NCBI GenBank assembly: GCA_964389135.1
Contig: CAYMDA010000019.1
Location: forward strand, 9,103 to 73,102
DNA length: 64,000 nt
Reading direction: 5' to 3'
Source of the DNA: an uncultured Verrucomicrobiota bacterium
GTDB taxonomy: Bacteria; Verrucomicrobiota; Verrucomicrobiia; Limisphaerales; CAIMTB01
Shown here: piece by piece, positions 1-8,905 of the stretch
Layout: every line of letters starts with the position of its first letter
Numbering within the stretch: the first letter of the stretch is position 1
Made by a program: the position numbers and the translations under genes
The notes under the pieces: model-generated
Seen by the model: only the letters and a program-made list of their open reading frames with translations
Database searches by the model: none
Told to the model about the DNA's origin: nothing

Positions 1-1071
1 GTGGCTCCGCATGTCCTGGAGCGGTACGTGAGCGGGGCGCTCGGCGAGCGGCTTGCCGCGAAGGGCTGGCAGGTGACGTTCACGTCGCGGATGCGGGCGC
101 GGCTGCCCCGGGTCCTGGACATGCTGCGGACGACGTTCCGGTCGAGGAGCCGGTATGACGTCGCGCAGGTGGAGGTGTACAGCGGCTCGGCGTTCATCTG
201 GGCGGAGCTGGTCTGTGCGCTGCTGAAACGGCTGGAGAAGCCGGTGATCCTGAGTCTTCACGGCGGCAGCCTGCCGGCCTTCGCCCGGGCGCATCCGTCC
301 CGCGTTCGGAAGCTCCTCGCATGCGCGCGCCATGTTACCAGCCCGTCGGGATACCTTGCCGAGGCGATCGGGGCGTACGGCGTTCCCGTGCGTGTGGTGC
401 CGAATCCGATCGAGATCGGGCGCTACCCGTGGCGCCGGAGGGAACGGCCGGAGCCGAAGCTCGTGTGGCTCCGGGCCTTTCACCGCACCTACGACCCCGA
501 GGCGATGCCCCGGGTGATGGCGGATCTCGCGGTCGACGTGCCGGACGCCGAGGTCACGATGATCGGTCCCGACAAGGACGGGAGCCTTTCGAGGACGAGG
601 TCGCTGGCCGATAAGCTCTCGGTGGGCAGCCGGATGCATTTCCCGGGCGCCGTGGCCAAGCAGGACGTCGTCGGGTGGCTGGACCGGGCCGATGTCTTCG
701 TGAACTCCACGACGCAGGACAACACGCCCGTGAGCGTTCTCGAGGCGATGGCATGCGGGCTGCCCGTGGTGAGCACAAACGTCGGGGGCCTGCCATGGCT
801 CCTGGAGGATGGTGTCAGCGGGCTCCTGGTGCCTCCGCGCCGGCCGGATCTGCTCGCCAACGCGATTCGCCGGGTGCTTCGCGAGGATGGGCTCGCGGCA
901 CGTCTCTCGGAAGGCGCGCGCAGGCGGGCCGGCGAGTGTGACTGGAGCCGCGTGCTGCCTGCCTGGGAAACACTGCTGAGGGAGGCGGCGATGGGCGGCC
1001 GGGCGGCGGGGACGGGGCGGGGGCGCCCGCGATGCGCCGAGGCGGCCTGTGCCGCTGTTTCCACGAAATAG
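1..1071 (+). CDS. GT4 (GT-B) glycosyltransferase; 5' end may lie outside the window
   Basis: C-terminal GT4 signature 'ADVFVNSTTQDNTPVSVLEAMACGLPVVSTNVGG...GLLVPP'; N-terminal 'LHGG' and 'VVPNPI' motifs. Confidence 0.9.
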   Translation: MAPHVLERYVSGALGERLAAKGWQVTFTSRMRARLPRVLDMLRTTFRSRSRYDVAQVEVYSGSAFIWAELVCALLKRLEKPVILSLHGGSLPAFARAHPSRVRKLLACARHVTSPSGYLAEAIGAYGVPVRVVPNPIEIGRYPWRRRERPEPKLVWLRAFHRTYDPEAMPRVMADLAVDVPDAEVTMIGPDKDGSLSRTRSLADKLSVGSRMHFPGAVAKQDVVGWLDRADVFVNSTTQDNTPVSVLEAMACGLPVVSTNVGGLPWLLEDGVSGLLVPPRRPDLLANAIRRVLREDGLAARLSEGARRRAGECDWSRVLPAWETLLREAAMGGRAAGTGRGRPRCAEAACAAVSTK

Positions 1072-1078
1072 GGATGCC

Positions 1079-2257
1079 GTGCGTTTCCTGATCGCAACGC
1101 AGATCAACGACGGCGCCGTTTCGCGGCATTTCACGGCCCTGGCCAGGGAACTCGCGGGCCGGGGCCATTCCGTCGTGCTGGTGAGTTCGAGATCACCGGG
1201 AAAGCTGGAACAACCGAAGGGTGTTCCGGCTGTTTGCGTCTGGCCCTCCCGTCGTCCCACCCGGCTGCGGGATGCCCTGTTCCTGCGCAGGCTGATCCGC
1301 GACCAGGAGATCGAGTGCGTGATCGGGAATTTCGCGGCTGTGAACTGGATGTGCGTCGTCGGCGCGCTGCTTGGCGTGCGTCACCGGCTCGCATGGTATC
1401 ACACGCTGAGTTCGCAGATCCGCCTCGACTCCGTCGCGTCCCGGATCCGGGCGCACTGGCAGTGGCCCCGGAAGCGGTTCGTGTACGCGCTCGCGACGGG
1501 CGTCCTCACGAGCTCCGAGGCGGCCGCGGCCGACGTGATGCGGGTATACGGGGTTGCGCGCTCGAAGTGCCGGGTGCTGGGCTGGTCCCTGCCCGACCTC
1601 GCGGGCGGGGGAGAAACGGCGCGCTCGGGGATCGTGTGTGCCGGGCGAATGCACGCGTCGAAGGGGCAGGACACGCTGATCCGCGCCCTGGCCGTGGTGA
1701 GGTCGAGGCGTCCGGACGCCGTGGTGAGGTTCCTCGGAAACGGCCCCATGCGGGCGGACTGGGAGAAGCTGGCGCGTGAGCTCGGAGTGGCGGACCAGTG
1801 CCGCTTCGAGGGTGGCGTGAGTCACGCGGATGTCCTGCGGGCGATGCAGAGCGCGTGGTTCACCGTGGTGCCAAGCCGATCGGAGGCCTTCGGGCTTGTG
1901 AACATCGAGTCAATGTCGGCCGGCGCCCCCGTGATCGCCTCCCGTGTCGGGGGGATTGCCGAGATCGTGCGTGATGGCCTGGACGGCCGGCTGTTCGAGC
2001 CCGGCGACGCGGCCGGACTCGCGGACCGGATGCTGGAGCTCCTCGAGCAGCCGGACATCCGGGAACGGATGGGACGCAACGCGAGGGATCGGTTCCTCGC
2101 CAAGTACGCGCAACCGGCCGCCATCGAGCGGCAGGCGGATCTGCTCGAGTCGATGCTGGGTATCGGCGGCCGACCGGCGGGGGATCGTCGGCGCACGGAG
2201 GAGCGGGAGACAGCGAAGAGGTCTGTGGACCACCCGGAATTCACCAGGATGCGATGA
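1079..2257 (+). CDS. GT4 glycosyltransferase
   Basis: 'GRMHASKGQD' and 'PSRSEAFGLVNIESMSAGAPVIASRVGGIAEIVRDG' (Ex7E motif). Start placed at GTG 1079 (MRFLIATQ) after AGGGA; the ORF track starts at 1049. Confidence 0.9.
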   Translation: MRFLIATQINDGAVSRHFTALARELAGRGHSVVLVSSRSPGKLEQPKGVPAVCVWPSRRPTRLRDALFLRRLIRDQEIECVIGNFAAVNWMCVVGALLGVRHRLAWYHTLSSQIRLDSVASRIRAHWQWPRKRFVYALATGVLTSSEAAAADVMRVYGVARSKCRVLGWSLPDLAGGGETARSGIVCAGRMHASKGQDTLIRALAVVRSRRPDAVVRFLGNGPMRADWEKLARELGVADQCRFEGGVSHADVLRAMQSAWFTVVPSRSEAFGLVNIESMSAGAPVIASRVGGIAEIVRDGLDGRLFEPGDAAGLADRMLELLEQPDIRERMGRNARDRFLAKYAQPAAIERQADLLESMLGIGGRPAGDRRRTEERETAKRSVDHPEFTRMR

Positions 2258-3576
2258 GATCGTGGTTTCTCAGGAATGTTGTGTTCAGGACGGGTGACCG
2301 CCTGCGAGGGCATCCGATGATCCGCTGGCTCACCGAGCTGGAGCGCTGGCAGTGGCAGGAGCCGGACGCGATCCGGAAGCGGCAGGATGAGATGCTGCGC
2401 ACGCTGATCCGCACGGTGCATGCCGAGGTTCCGTTCTATCGGGAGTTGATGGACAGGGCCGGGGTTGCCCCCGGCGACGTGGCCGGGCGCGAGGACCTCA
2501 ACCGCCTTCCGATCGTCACGAAGGACATGCTGCGCGCCGCGTTCCCGGAGCGTTGTGTCCGGCCCACCGGCCAGCCGACGTACGTCGCGAGCACGTCCGG
2601 TTCGACCGGGAAGAACTTCCGCGTGCTGGAGGATCGCGAGACCGCGGGGCTTTACAGGGCGGCGTTCCTCCTCGCGCTGGAATGGGCGGACTGGCGCTTT
2701 GGTGAACCGCACGTCCAGATGGGCATGACCGTCGAGCGCTCGGTGGACAGGCGCATGAAGGATGCGCTGCTCGGCTGTCACTATTTCTCGGCGTACGACC
2801 TCAGCGACACGGCGCTCGATCGCGTCCTTGACCGGATCGACCGGGGCCGGATCGGGCACGTGTGGGGCTATCCGGGCAGCATCCACTGCCTTGCGCGGCG
2901 GGCGGTTCAGGCCGGATGGAACCGGCCCCTGCGTTCCGTGGTGACCTGGGGCGACATGCTTCTGCCGGCGCAGCGCCGGCTCATCGAGCTGGCCTTCCGG
3001 ACGCGCGTCAGTGACACCTACGGTTGTGGCGAGGGCATCCAGGTGGCGGCGCAGTGCGGCGAGTCGGACGGCTACCATGTGCACGACCTCAACACCATCG
3101 TGGAGTACGTCGACGGTGACGGCGCGCCGGTGGCGGAGGGCGACCGCGGTGAGATCGTCCTGACACGCCTGCATCCCGGGCCGATGCCGCTCATTCGATA
3201 CCGGGTGGGCGATCTAGGGATTGGCGGCTCCGGCACCTGCCGGTGCGGCCGGGGCTTCAGCCGGCTTCAGTCCGTGGAGGGAAGGGCGGCGAGCACGATC
3301 AAGACCCCGGGCGGCAACCGTCTGATCGTGCACTTCTTCACCGGGATCCTGGAACACTTCCCGGAGGTGGACCAGTTCCAGGTCGTTCAGGAGAACCTGG
3401 CGAGCATCACGGTCAGGGTCGTGCCCACGCCGGCGTTCAGCCTGCAGGTCGCGGAGCGGGTGAAGGCGGCGCTTCAGGAGAAGGGGCTTCGCGACATGGA
3501 CATTCACGTGGATGTCGTGGACGAACTTCCCCTGACGCCGGGAGGGAAGAGGCAGTTCGTGATCAGCGCATGCTGA
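2254..3576 (+). CDS. Phenylacetate-CoA ligase family / CapK-like adenylate-forming enzyme
   Basis: 'VPFYR', 'LPIVTK', P-loop 'STSGSTG', 'YGCGE', 'MPLIRYRVGD', 'VEGR', C-terminal 'TPGGK'; ATGA overlap with the upstream gene. Confidence 0.85.
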   Translation: MRSWFLRNVVFRTGDRLRGHPMIRWLTELERWQWQEPDAIRKRQDEMLRTLIRTVHAEVPFYRELMDRAGVAPGDVAGREDLNRLPIVTKDMLRAAFPERCVRPTGQPTYVASTSGSTGKNFRVLEDRETAGLYRAAFLLALEWADWRFGEPHVQMGMTVERSVDRRMKDALLGCHYFSAYDLSDTALDRVLDRIDRGRIGHVWGYPGSIHCLARRAVQAGWNRPLRSVVTWGDMLLPAQRRLIELAFRTRVSDTYGCGEGIQVAAQCGESDGYHVHDLNTIVEYVDGDGAPVAEGDRGEIVLTRLHPGPMPLIRYRVGDLGIGGSGTCRCGRGFSRLQSVEGRAASTIKTPGGNRLIVHFFTGILEHFPEVDQFQVVQENLASITVRVVPTPAFSLQVAERVKAALQEKGLRDMDIHVDVVDELPLTPGGKRQFVISAC

Positions 3577-4283
3577 AGACTCCGCCGAGGCAATCCATGG
3601 ACCCACGATACAACCAGCGCATCGGACGACTCACACCCTCGGATCTGACAGCGCTCGCGAGGGTGCACCGGGCGGCGTTCCCCGCATCGGCCCTCACCGT
3701 CCTGGGTGCTGGTTCGGTGCGGCGCTATTACGAGTGGCTGATGACCGGCCCGCACAACGCGGTTTATCTCGGGCTGTGGGCGGACGATATACTCTCCGGG
3801 TTCTGCATCTGCGGTCGGTTCCGCGGCGCACTGACGGGTTTCGTGCGAAGGAATGCAGGATACCTGACCATGCAGATGCTGCTGCACCCATCGCTCTGGA
3901 TCCGGCCGAAGGTGAGGCGGGGAGTCCGCCTCGCCCTGCGCCTGATCGGATTGCGGCGGAAACGCCGGGGAAACGCGCCGAAGCCGTCGCGCGGGGAACC
4001 GAGCTTCGGCGTGCTTGCACTCGGGGTGCTGCCTGAAAAGCAGGGGAGAGGAATCGGGAGGAGGCTGATGGAGGAGGCGACCCACGTCGCTCGTGCGAGG
4101 GGCTTTCGCCGGATGCATCTCACGGTTGCGGCGTCGAACGAACGGGCGATCCGGCTCTACAGCTCTCAGGGGTGGAGGATCGAGAATCGCGAGAACGAGA
4201 ACCTCTACATGACCCGGACGCTTGGGGCGGAGGAGGCTCCGCGTCCCGGGGCCGAAGGCAATGAATGCGGCGCCCGCTCATGA
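3570..4283 (+). CDS. GNAT-family N-acetyl/acyltransferase
   Basis: Acetyl-CoA motif A 'LGVLPEKQGRGIGRRLM' and 'LTVAASNERAIRLYSSQGW'. Start at ATG 3570 (overlaps the ligase stop) or 3597; the ORF-track start at 3243 lies inside the upstream gene. Confidence 0.85.
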   Translation: MLKTPPRQSMDPRYNQRIGRLTPSDLTALARVHRAAFPASALTVLGAGSVRRYYEWLMTGPHNAVYLGLWADDILSGFCICGRFRGALTGFVRRNAGYLTMQMLLHPSLWIRPKVRRGVRLALRLIGLRRKRRGNAPKPSRGEPSFGVLALGVLPEKQGRGIGRRLMEEATHVARARGFRRMHLTVAASNERAIRLYSSQGWRIENRENENLYMTRTLGAEEAPRPGAEGNECGARS

Positions 4284-4286
4284 GAA

Positions 4287-4320
4287 CCCATGGCGCGGCC
4301 GGAACCGCGCCATGGGCTTT
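4287..4320. terminator. Probable intrinsic terminator between convergent genes, possibly bidirectional
   Basis: Perfect 12-bp stem CCCATGGCGCGG-(CCGGAA)-CCGCGCCATGGG, 3 nt after the GNAT stop, followed by CTTT (weak U tract). Confidence 0.65.
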
Positions 4321-4407
4321 GGATTCGGCGGTGCCGCGGCCGGCGGCGGGGGGGAGATCGTCAGGCCGACGTTCTCCACGGGCCCCGCCGGCGGTCCGCG
4401 CGTCGGA

Positions 4408-7400
4408 TTACCAGAGTGCGCCCTCGGGCGTGTACGTGCTGTCGGTGGTCACGAGGAGCTGATCGAACCCGGCGCCCGCCTCGCGGCCCCGGAAGGTGAG
4501 CTGGTGCAGCCCGGGTTCCAGGTGGAACGTGCGCGGGTTGATGCTCCGCGGCTGGCCTCCACCCCTGCCGTTGAGCAGCACCCACCGCCATCCCGACGAC
4601 CCGCGGTCCTCGCCGGTGTCGAAGATGTCCTCCGGCCCGTCATCGATCGAGACGTGGAAGGAATCGGCATGCGCGGCGGGCGCCTTCACGCGGCACCACA
4701 CGTAGTATTCCGCGGCACGATCGATCTGGAGGAGGAAGGTGGCGCGGCCTTCCTCGGACACGGCGGAGGCGATGTACGCGCCTCCGGACGCGGTGTCATC
4801 CGGGATCGCGACCATCGGAGCGGTGAGCTCCGCGGCCTCGGCCTCGGTGAAGAGGTACGCCTGCTGCCCGGCGGGCGCCGCAGTGGAGGCGAGCCGGATG
4901 GTGGGACGCCCGGAGCTGCCGGACGGCGCATCCGCCACGACCGTGACGTCGAACGAGCGCTGCGCGATGAGCGAGCCGTCGGACACCGACACGGTGACCG
5001 TCGAGACGCCCTGCTGGCCGGCGGGCGCCATCACCTGGATGGTCCGGTAGGTGCCGATGCCGCTGAGCCGCGTGAGCAGCGCGAGGCTCGGATTCGAGGT
5101 GGTGACCGTCACGTCGAGGTCGCCCGCGCGGGTTTCGCGGTCGGAGATGGCGAACACCTGCCGCGGCACGGTGAGGCCCGCGACGACCGTGACATCCGCC
5201 AGCTGGCTGATCGTGGGCGGAGTGTTGATCAGCTCCTCCGGAATGATGTCGGGGCTGACGTCGGGCGGCACGAACGACAGGTCGGTCGTCAGGACGATCA
5301 GGTCGAGACGGGCGTCCGTCTCGCGTCCGCGGAAGCGGATGAAATGCGGTCCCGCCTCCAGCCGGAAGACACGCGGATTGAGGGCGAGCGGGGACCCGCC
5401 GTTCCGCCCGTTGATGACGCTCCAGTTCCATCTTCCCGGAACGAAGGTTCCCGTGATGTCAAAGATGTCCTCGGGACCGTCGTCGACCGAGACGTAGTAG
5501 GAATCCGACTGGGTGTTCGGCGCCTGAACGCGGCACCAGATCACGTAGTTCCCGGTCTTCGGGACCTCGAAGTGAAGGACGGCCTCGCCCTGGTCCGGGG
5601 ACGTCGTGACGAGGTAGCGTCCGCCAAAGGCCGAGGGATCTCCGCGCGTCGTCATGGGAGCCGAGATCGTCGCGAACTCCGCCTCGACCGCGAAATACAC
5701 GGGATCCTCGTCGTCCTCCTCGGTGCTCGGGGCCACGGTGACGGTGAAGGTCGTGCTCGCGCTGAGGGTGCCGTCGGAAACCAGGAGGGTGATCACGGCG
5801 GAGCCAGCCTGGCCCGCCGCCGGCGTGACGGTCACGGTACGATTGGCGCCGCTGCCGCCGAGGACGATGCTCCCCTGCGGGACGAGCGACGGATTGGATG
5901 TCGCCGCGCTGACGATGAGGCTGCCGGCCGGCGTCTCTGCGTCGCCGACCGTGAACGCGATCGGGCCGCTGGACTGACCCTGGCTCAGCGTCCGGTTCGC
6001 CACCGGCGAGATCGTGGGCGGCGTGTTGGAGGGAGCGGGCGGGTTCACCGTGACGGTGAAGCTCACCCGGGCGCTGAGTGATCCGTCCGAGACCGTGAGC
6101 GTGATGGTCGCCGATCCCGACTGGCCCGCGGCCGGCGTGACGGTGACGGTCCGGTTCGCGCCGCTGCCCCCGAGAACGATGTTGTTCAGCGGAACGAGCG
6201 AGGCATTCGACGTGGCCCGGGTGACGACAAGGTTCGCGGGCACCGTTTCCGCATCGCTCACCGTGAACGAGATCGGCCCCGTGGACTCGCCCGGGTTCAG
6301 GGTGCGGCTGGCGATGTTGGAGATGGTCGGCGGCGTGTTGACCGGCGCCGGCGGGTTGACGGTGACCACGAAGCTCGTGCTCGCCGTCAGGGAACCGTCC
6401 GAGACGGTGAGGGTGATCGTCGCGGTCCCGGACTGGCCCGCAACCGGGTTCACCGTGACGGTGCGGCTGGCGCCGCTGCCCCCGAGCACGATGTTCGACA
6501 CGGGCACGAGCGCGGTGTTCGACGAGGAGCGGCTGATCGTGAGGCTGCCGGCCGCGGTCTGTGCGTCCGCGACGGTGAAGGAGATCGGGCCGGTGGACTC
6601 GCCGGAGTTCACGACCCGATCGGTGATCGGGGAGATCGTGGGCGCGGTGTTCGCGGGCGTCTCGGGGGCGGTGTCACCGGTCGAGGCCGCCTGCACGACG
6701 AAGACGTTGAAGTCCGGGGGCGTGTGAACGTTCTCGAAGTGATGGACATCACCGATGATCGGCGAGACCGCGGTGAGATTCAGCGGGATGCTGATCGGCT
6801 GGCCGGAGTATCGGCCGGAAGCGACGGGCTGGCCGAAGTAGTTCTGGACGTCGCGAATGACGTAGGAATCGCCGACCGCCAGTCCCGCGGCCGCGAGGTC
6901 GTAGGAGATGGAGGAGGCGCGGCCGTGATTGATGACCGCCACCGTCGCCCGCTTGGCCGTGTGCGGGTTCCTGCGGGTGATCGCGTAGGGCGCGGTGGGA
7001 GCGGAGGACGAGAAGCGGCTTTGTGAGTCGAGGCGGGTGCCTTCCTGCCACTCGGAGAACGTGCGCGTCCTCGGCACGCCGGCGTAACTGAACACCGTCT
7101 GATCCGAAAGACTGTAGTAGGTGTTGTTGTTCACCTGGTACTGGTTCGGGTTCGGGGATGGCGCATCCTGGATCAGCATCAGGTAGGGATCACTGCCTCC
7201 GGGAAGGTCCGTGAAGAGTGTGTTCCCGGTGAACCGCAGGTTCAGGAAGTTCCGGAGATGAAACACGTAGTTGCCGCCGATCAGGTGATTGCCGGTGACC
7301 TCGGCGAGCACGCAGTTCTGCGCCTCGTACCCGATCCGGAGATTGGTTCCCGTGCGACCGGGACGGACATAGCAGACATTGCTGATGGCCTGCACGTGCT

Positions 7401-8433
7401 CGATCGGGAGCTTGATCGCGGCGGCCTGGATGTTCGGCTCATTGTTGTCGAAGGCGAAGTTGCCGATGAACCGGAATCCCTCGGCGCGAACCTCGGTCCC
7501 ATACGCCTTCATCCCGGTCGTGAAGTTGCGGAAGGAGATCGTGTCACGGATCAGGATGGTCCCGGTCTGGTTCTGGGCGTAGATCGCCGATCCGCGGATC
7601 AGTCCGGTGCCCATGTCGTAGGCGCCGTTGCCCCAGAGAATGCATCCGGAGATCTCACCGCCCTCGCCCTGGTCCCAGAAGCCGATGCCCGGGTGACCCA
7701 CGTTGTGAATGACGAGGTTGATCGCCTTGTTGCCGTGTCCCGGCGCGGAGAAGTTGATGCCCGGCCCCTTCCACCAGCCCGGCGCCTGGCGTTCCGTGCG
7801 GAGGCTCGTGATCTCGAGGTCCATCCATCGGACATAGCTGCCGGTGTGCTCGACGACGGATCCGGCCTTGGTGACGGGGGATCCGGCGGAATGCTCGGTC
7901 GGTGTGGTGCCGTTCCAGCCGCGGGCGACCCACCATTCATCGGTGCCCGTGCGGTTGAGCAGCTTCATGAGCTCCGTGTTGACGAGGATGAGGGTGCCCG
8001 GGGCCCACGTGCCCGATCCGGCGATCACGACGGTCGAGCCCGCCTCCCGCGCGGCGGTGGGCAGGTTGTTCCGGAGGGTGGAGGTCCCCTGATCATCGAT
8101 GCGGGCCCACTCTCCGGGGTAGGAACGAATTGTGATATACTGCGAGCTGGTGCCGGAGAGGGAGGCGACGAACGGCCCGTTGTAGGTGCCGCCGCGCAGC
8201 CAGAGGGTGTCGCCGGGCCGGATGCCCGCCTCGCCGCTCAGGGCGTACTGCAGGTCCCACGGGCTGGCGAGCGTTCCCCTGCCGGACGAGCCGGCATTCG
8301 GGGCGGCATACCAGTCGGCCGCGCGCAGGGGCGCCGCGGCCAGCACGGCGAGCAGGAAGGCGCCCGTCAGCCGGAGCACGGCGCCGCCCCGGGCGGTCGC
8401 TCGGTTGAGTGTCAGGAGGGTCGATCGGTTCAT
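4408..8433 (-). CDS. Large secreted protein: signal peptide + right-handed beta-helix (pectin-lyase-like) domain + 4 Ig/cadherin-like repeats + 2 CBM/galactose-binding-like domains
   Basis: Start ATG 8433; signal peptide ending 'LLAVLAAAPLRA/ADWY'; 'YAAPNAGSSGRGTLASPWDL...PGDTLWLRGGTY...ITIRSYPGE' typical of secreted beta-helix enzymes; N/G/I-rich coils; 'NTPPTIS...TVSDG' repeats; two 'EAE...SxxGGxY...YxxWCRV...DSF/Y' domains. Confidence 0.8.
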   Translation of the reverse strand: MNRSTLLTLNRATARGGAVLRLTGAFLLAVLAAAPLRAADWYAAPNAGSSGRGTLASPWDLQYALSGEAGIRPGDTLWLRGGTYNGPFVASLSGTSSQYITIRSYPGEWARIDDQGTSTLRNNLPTAAREAGSTVVIAGSGTWAPGTLILVNTELMKLLNRTGTDEWWVARGWNGTTPTEHSAGSPVTKAGSVVEHTGSYVRWMDLEITSLRTERQAPGWWKGPGINFSAPGHGNKAINLVIHNVGHPGIGFWDQGEGGEISGCILWGNGAYDMGTGLIRGSAIYAQNQTGTILIRDTISFRNFTTGMKAYGTEVRAEGFRFIGNFAFDNNEPNIQAAAIKLPIEHVQAISNVCYVRPGRTGTNLRIGYEAQNCVLAEVTGNHLIGGNYVFHLRNFLNLRFTGNTLFTDLPGGSDPYLMLIQDAPSPNPNQYQVNNNTYYSLSDQTVFSYAGVPRTRTFSEWQEGTRLDSQSRFSSSAPTAPYAITRRNPHTAKRATVAVINHGRASSISYDLAAAGLAVGDSYVIRDVQNYFGQPVASGRYSGQPISIPLNLTAVSPIIGDVHHFENVHTPPDFNVFVVQAASTGDTAPETPANTAPTISPITDRVVNSGESTGPISFTVADAQTAAGSLTISRSSSNTALVPVSNIVLGGSGASRTVTVNPVAGQSGTATITLTVSDGSLTASTSFVVTVNPPAPVNTPPTISNIASRTLNPGESTGPISFTVSDAETVPANLVVTRATSNASLVPLNNIVLGGSGANRTVTVTPAAGQSGSATITLTVSDGSLSARVSFTVTVNPPAPSNTPPTISPVANRTLSQGQSSGPIAFTVGDAETPAGSLIVSAATSNPSLVPQGSIVLGGSGANRTVTVTPAAGQAGSAVITLLVSDGTLSASTTFTVTVAPSTEEDDEDPVYFAVEAEFATISAPMTTRGDPSAFGGRYLVTTSPDQGEAVLHFEVPKTGNYVIWCRVQAPNTQSDSYYVSVDDGPEDIFDITGTFVPGRWNWSVINGRNGGSPLALNPRVFRLEAGPHFIRFRGRETDARLDLIVLTTDLSFVPPDVSPDIIPEELINTPPTISQLADVTVVAGLTVPRQVFAISDRETRAGDLDVTVTTSNPSLALLTRLSGIGTYRTIQVMAPAGQQGVSTVTVSVSDGSLIAQRSFDVTVVADAPSGSSGRPTIRLASTAAPAGQQAYLFTEAEAAELTAPMVAIPDDTASGGAYIASAVSEEGRATFLLQIDRAAEYYVWCRVKAPAAHADSFHVSIDDGPEDIFDTGEDRGSSGWRWVLLNGRGGGQPRSINPRTFHLEPGLHQLTFRGREAGAGFDQLLVTTDSTYTPEGALW
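5728..6651 (-). repeat. Three tandem 312-bp (104-aa) Ig/cadherin-like repeats; a fourth diverged copy at about 4935-5226
   Basis: N codons of 'NT(A/P)PTIS' at 6651, 6339 and 6027 (spacing 312) and at 5226; shared 'GPI(S/A)FTV.DA.T...SN..LVP...IVLGGSGA.RTVTV.P.AGQ.G.A.IT..VSDG'. Confidence 0.9.
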
Positions 8434-8905
8434 TGATGGATCATTGCTGTTTCCGAGTGCACAAGGGCCGCCCGGATCCACATCGGCACGAATGCGCGAA
8501 AGGTTGAGCGGCCCACGAAGGCGCCGGCGGGAGGCAGCGAAACACAACGCTGGCACGGCGCAGTTTAGAGTGGGGACTAAAGGTAGTTCTTAGAGAACTG
8601 TAACTTCCCGTCAGTTGGCGGACGAGGTGCCGAACACCTGCGGACCACCGGGCCCATGAAGTCATGCAAAAGACAGCATGCACTGCGACGGGTCCGGGAG
8701 AACCCCAGCCACAGACGGATTCCCGGCCCATGAAGGGACCGGACGAGACAGCTCTTCCGCCTGGGTGGGATGGAAGGGGAGCCCCCGAAGGGCTCCAGGA
8801 CGTTGGTTGGACGCCCTGTGTGCGGGTGAGCATCCGGATGAGAATCGAAGGGTCAAGAATGAATTACTCCGGGGAAGTGAATCCCCCGGAAAAACCTCGC
8901 TGGAA
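8434..8905. promoter_or_regulatory. Divergent intergenic region (promoters and long leader of the glycan-PKS/NRPS operon)
   Basis: About 470 nt between divergent starts, AT-richer than the flanks, with several short inverted repeats; no canonical -35/-10 could be assigned. Confidence 0.45.

Noticed and set aside
5728-6651. Regular repeats as a possible CRISPR or non-coding array
   Set aside because: 312-bp in-frame coding repeats with no spacers and no cas genes.
4222-6727. Plus-strand ORFs 4222-6081 and 6014-6727 with repetitive content
   Set aside because: Antisense reflections of the Ig repeats of the minus-strand secreted protein.
8550-8568. TGGCACG resembling a sigma-54 -24 box
   Set aside because: No GC at the -12 position with the required spacing.
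8585-8599. GTTC-N5-GAAC as a LexA box
   Set aside because: Spacing and flanks do not match the LexA motifs I know; kept only as part of the leader finding.
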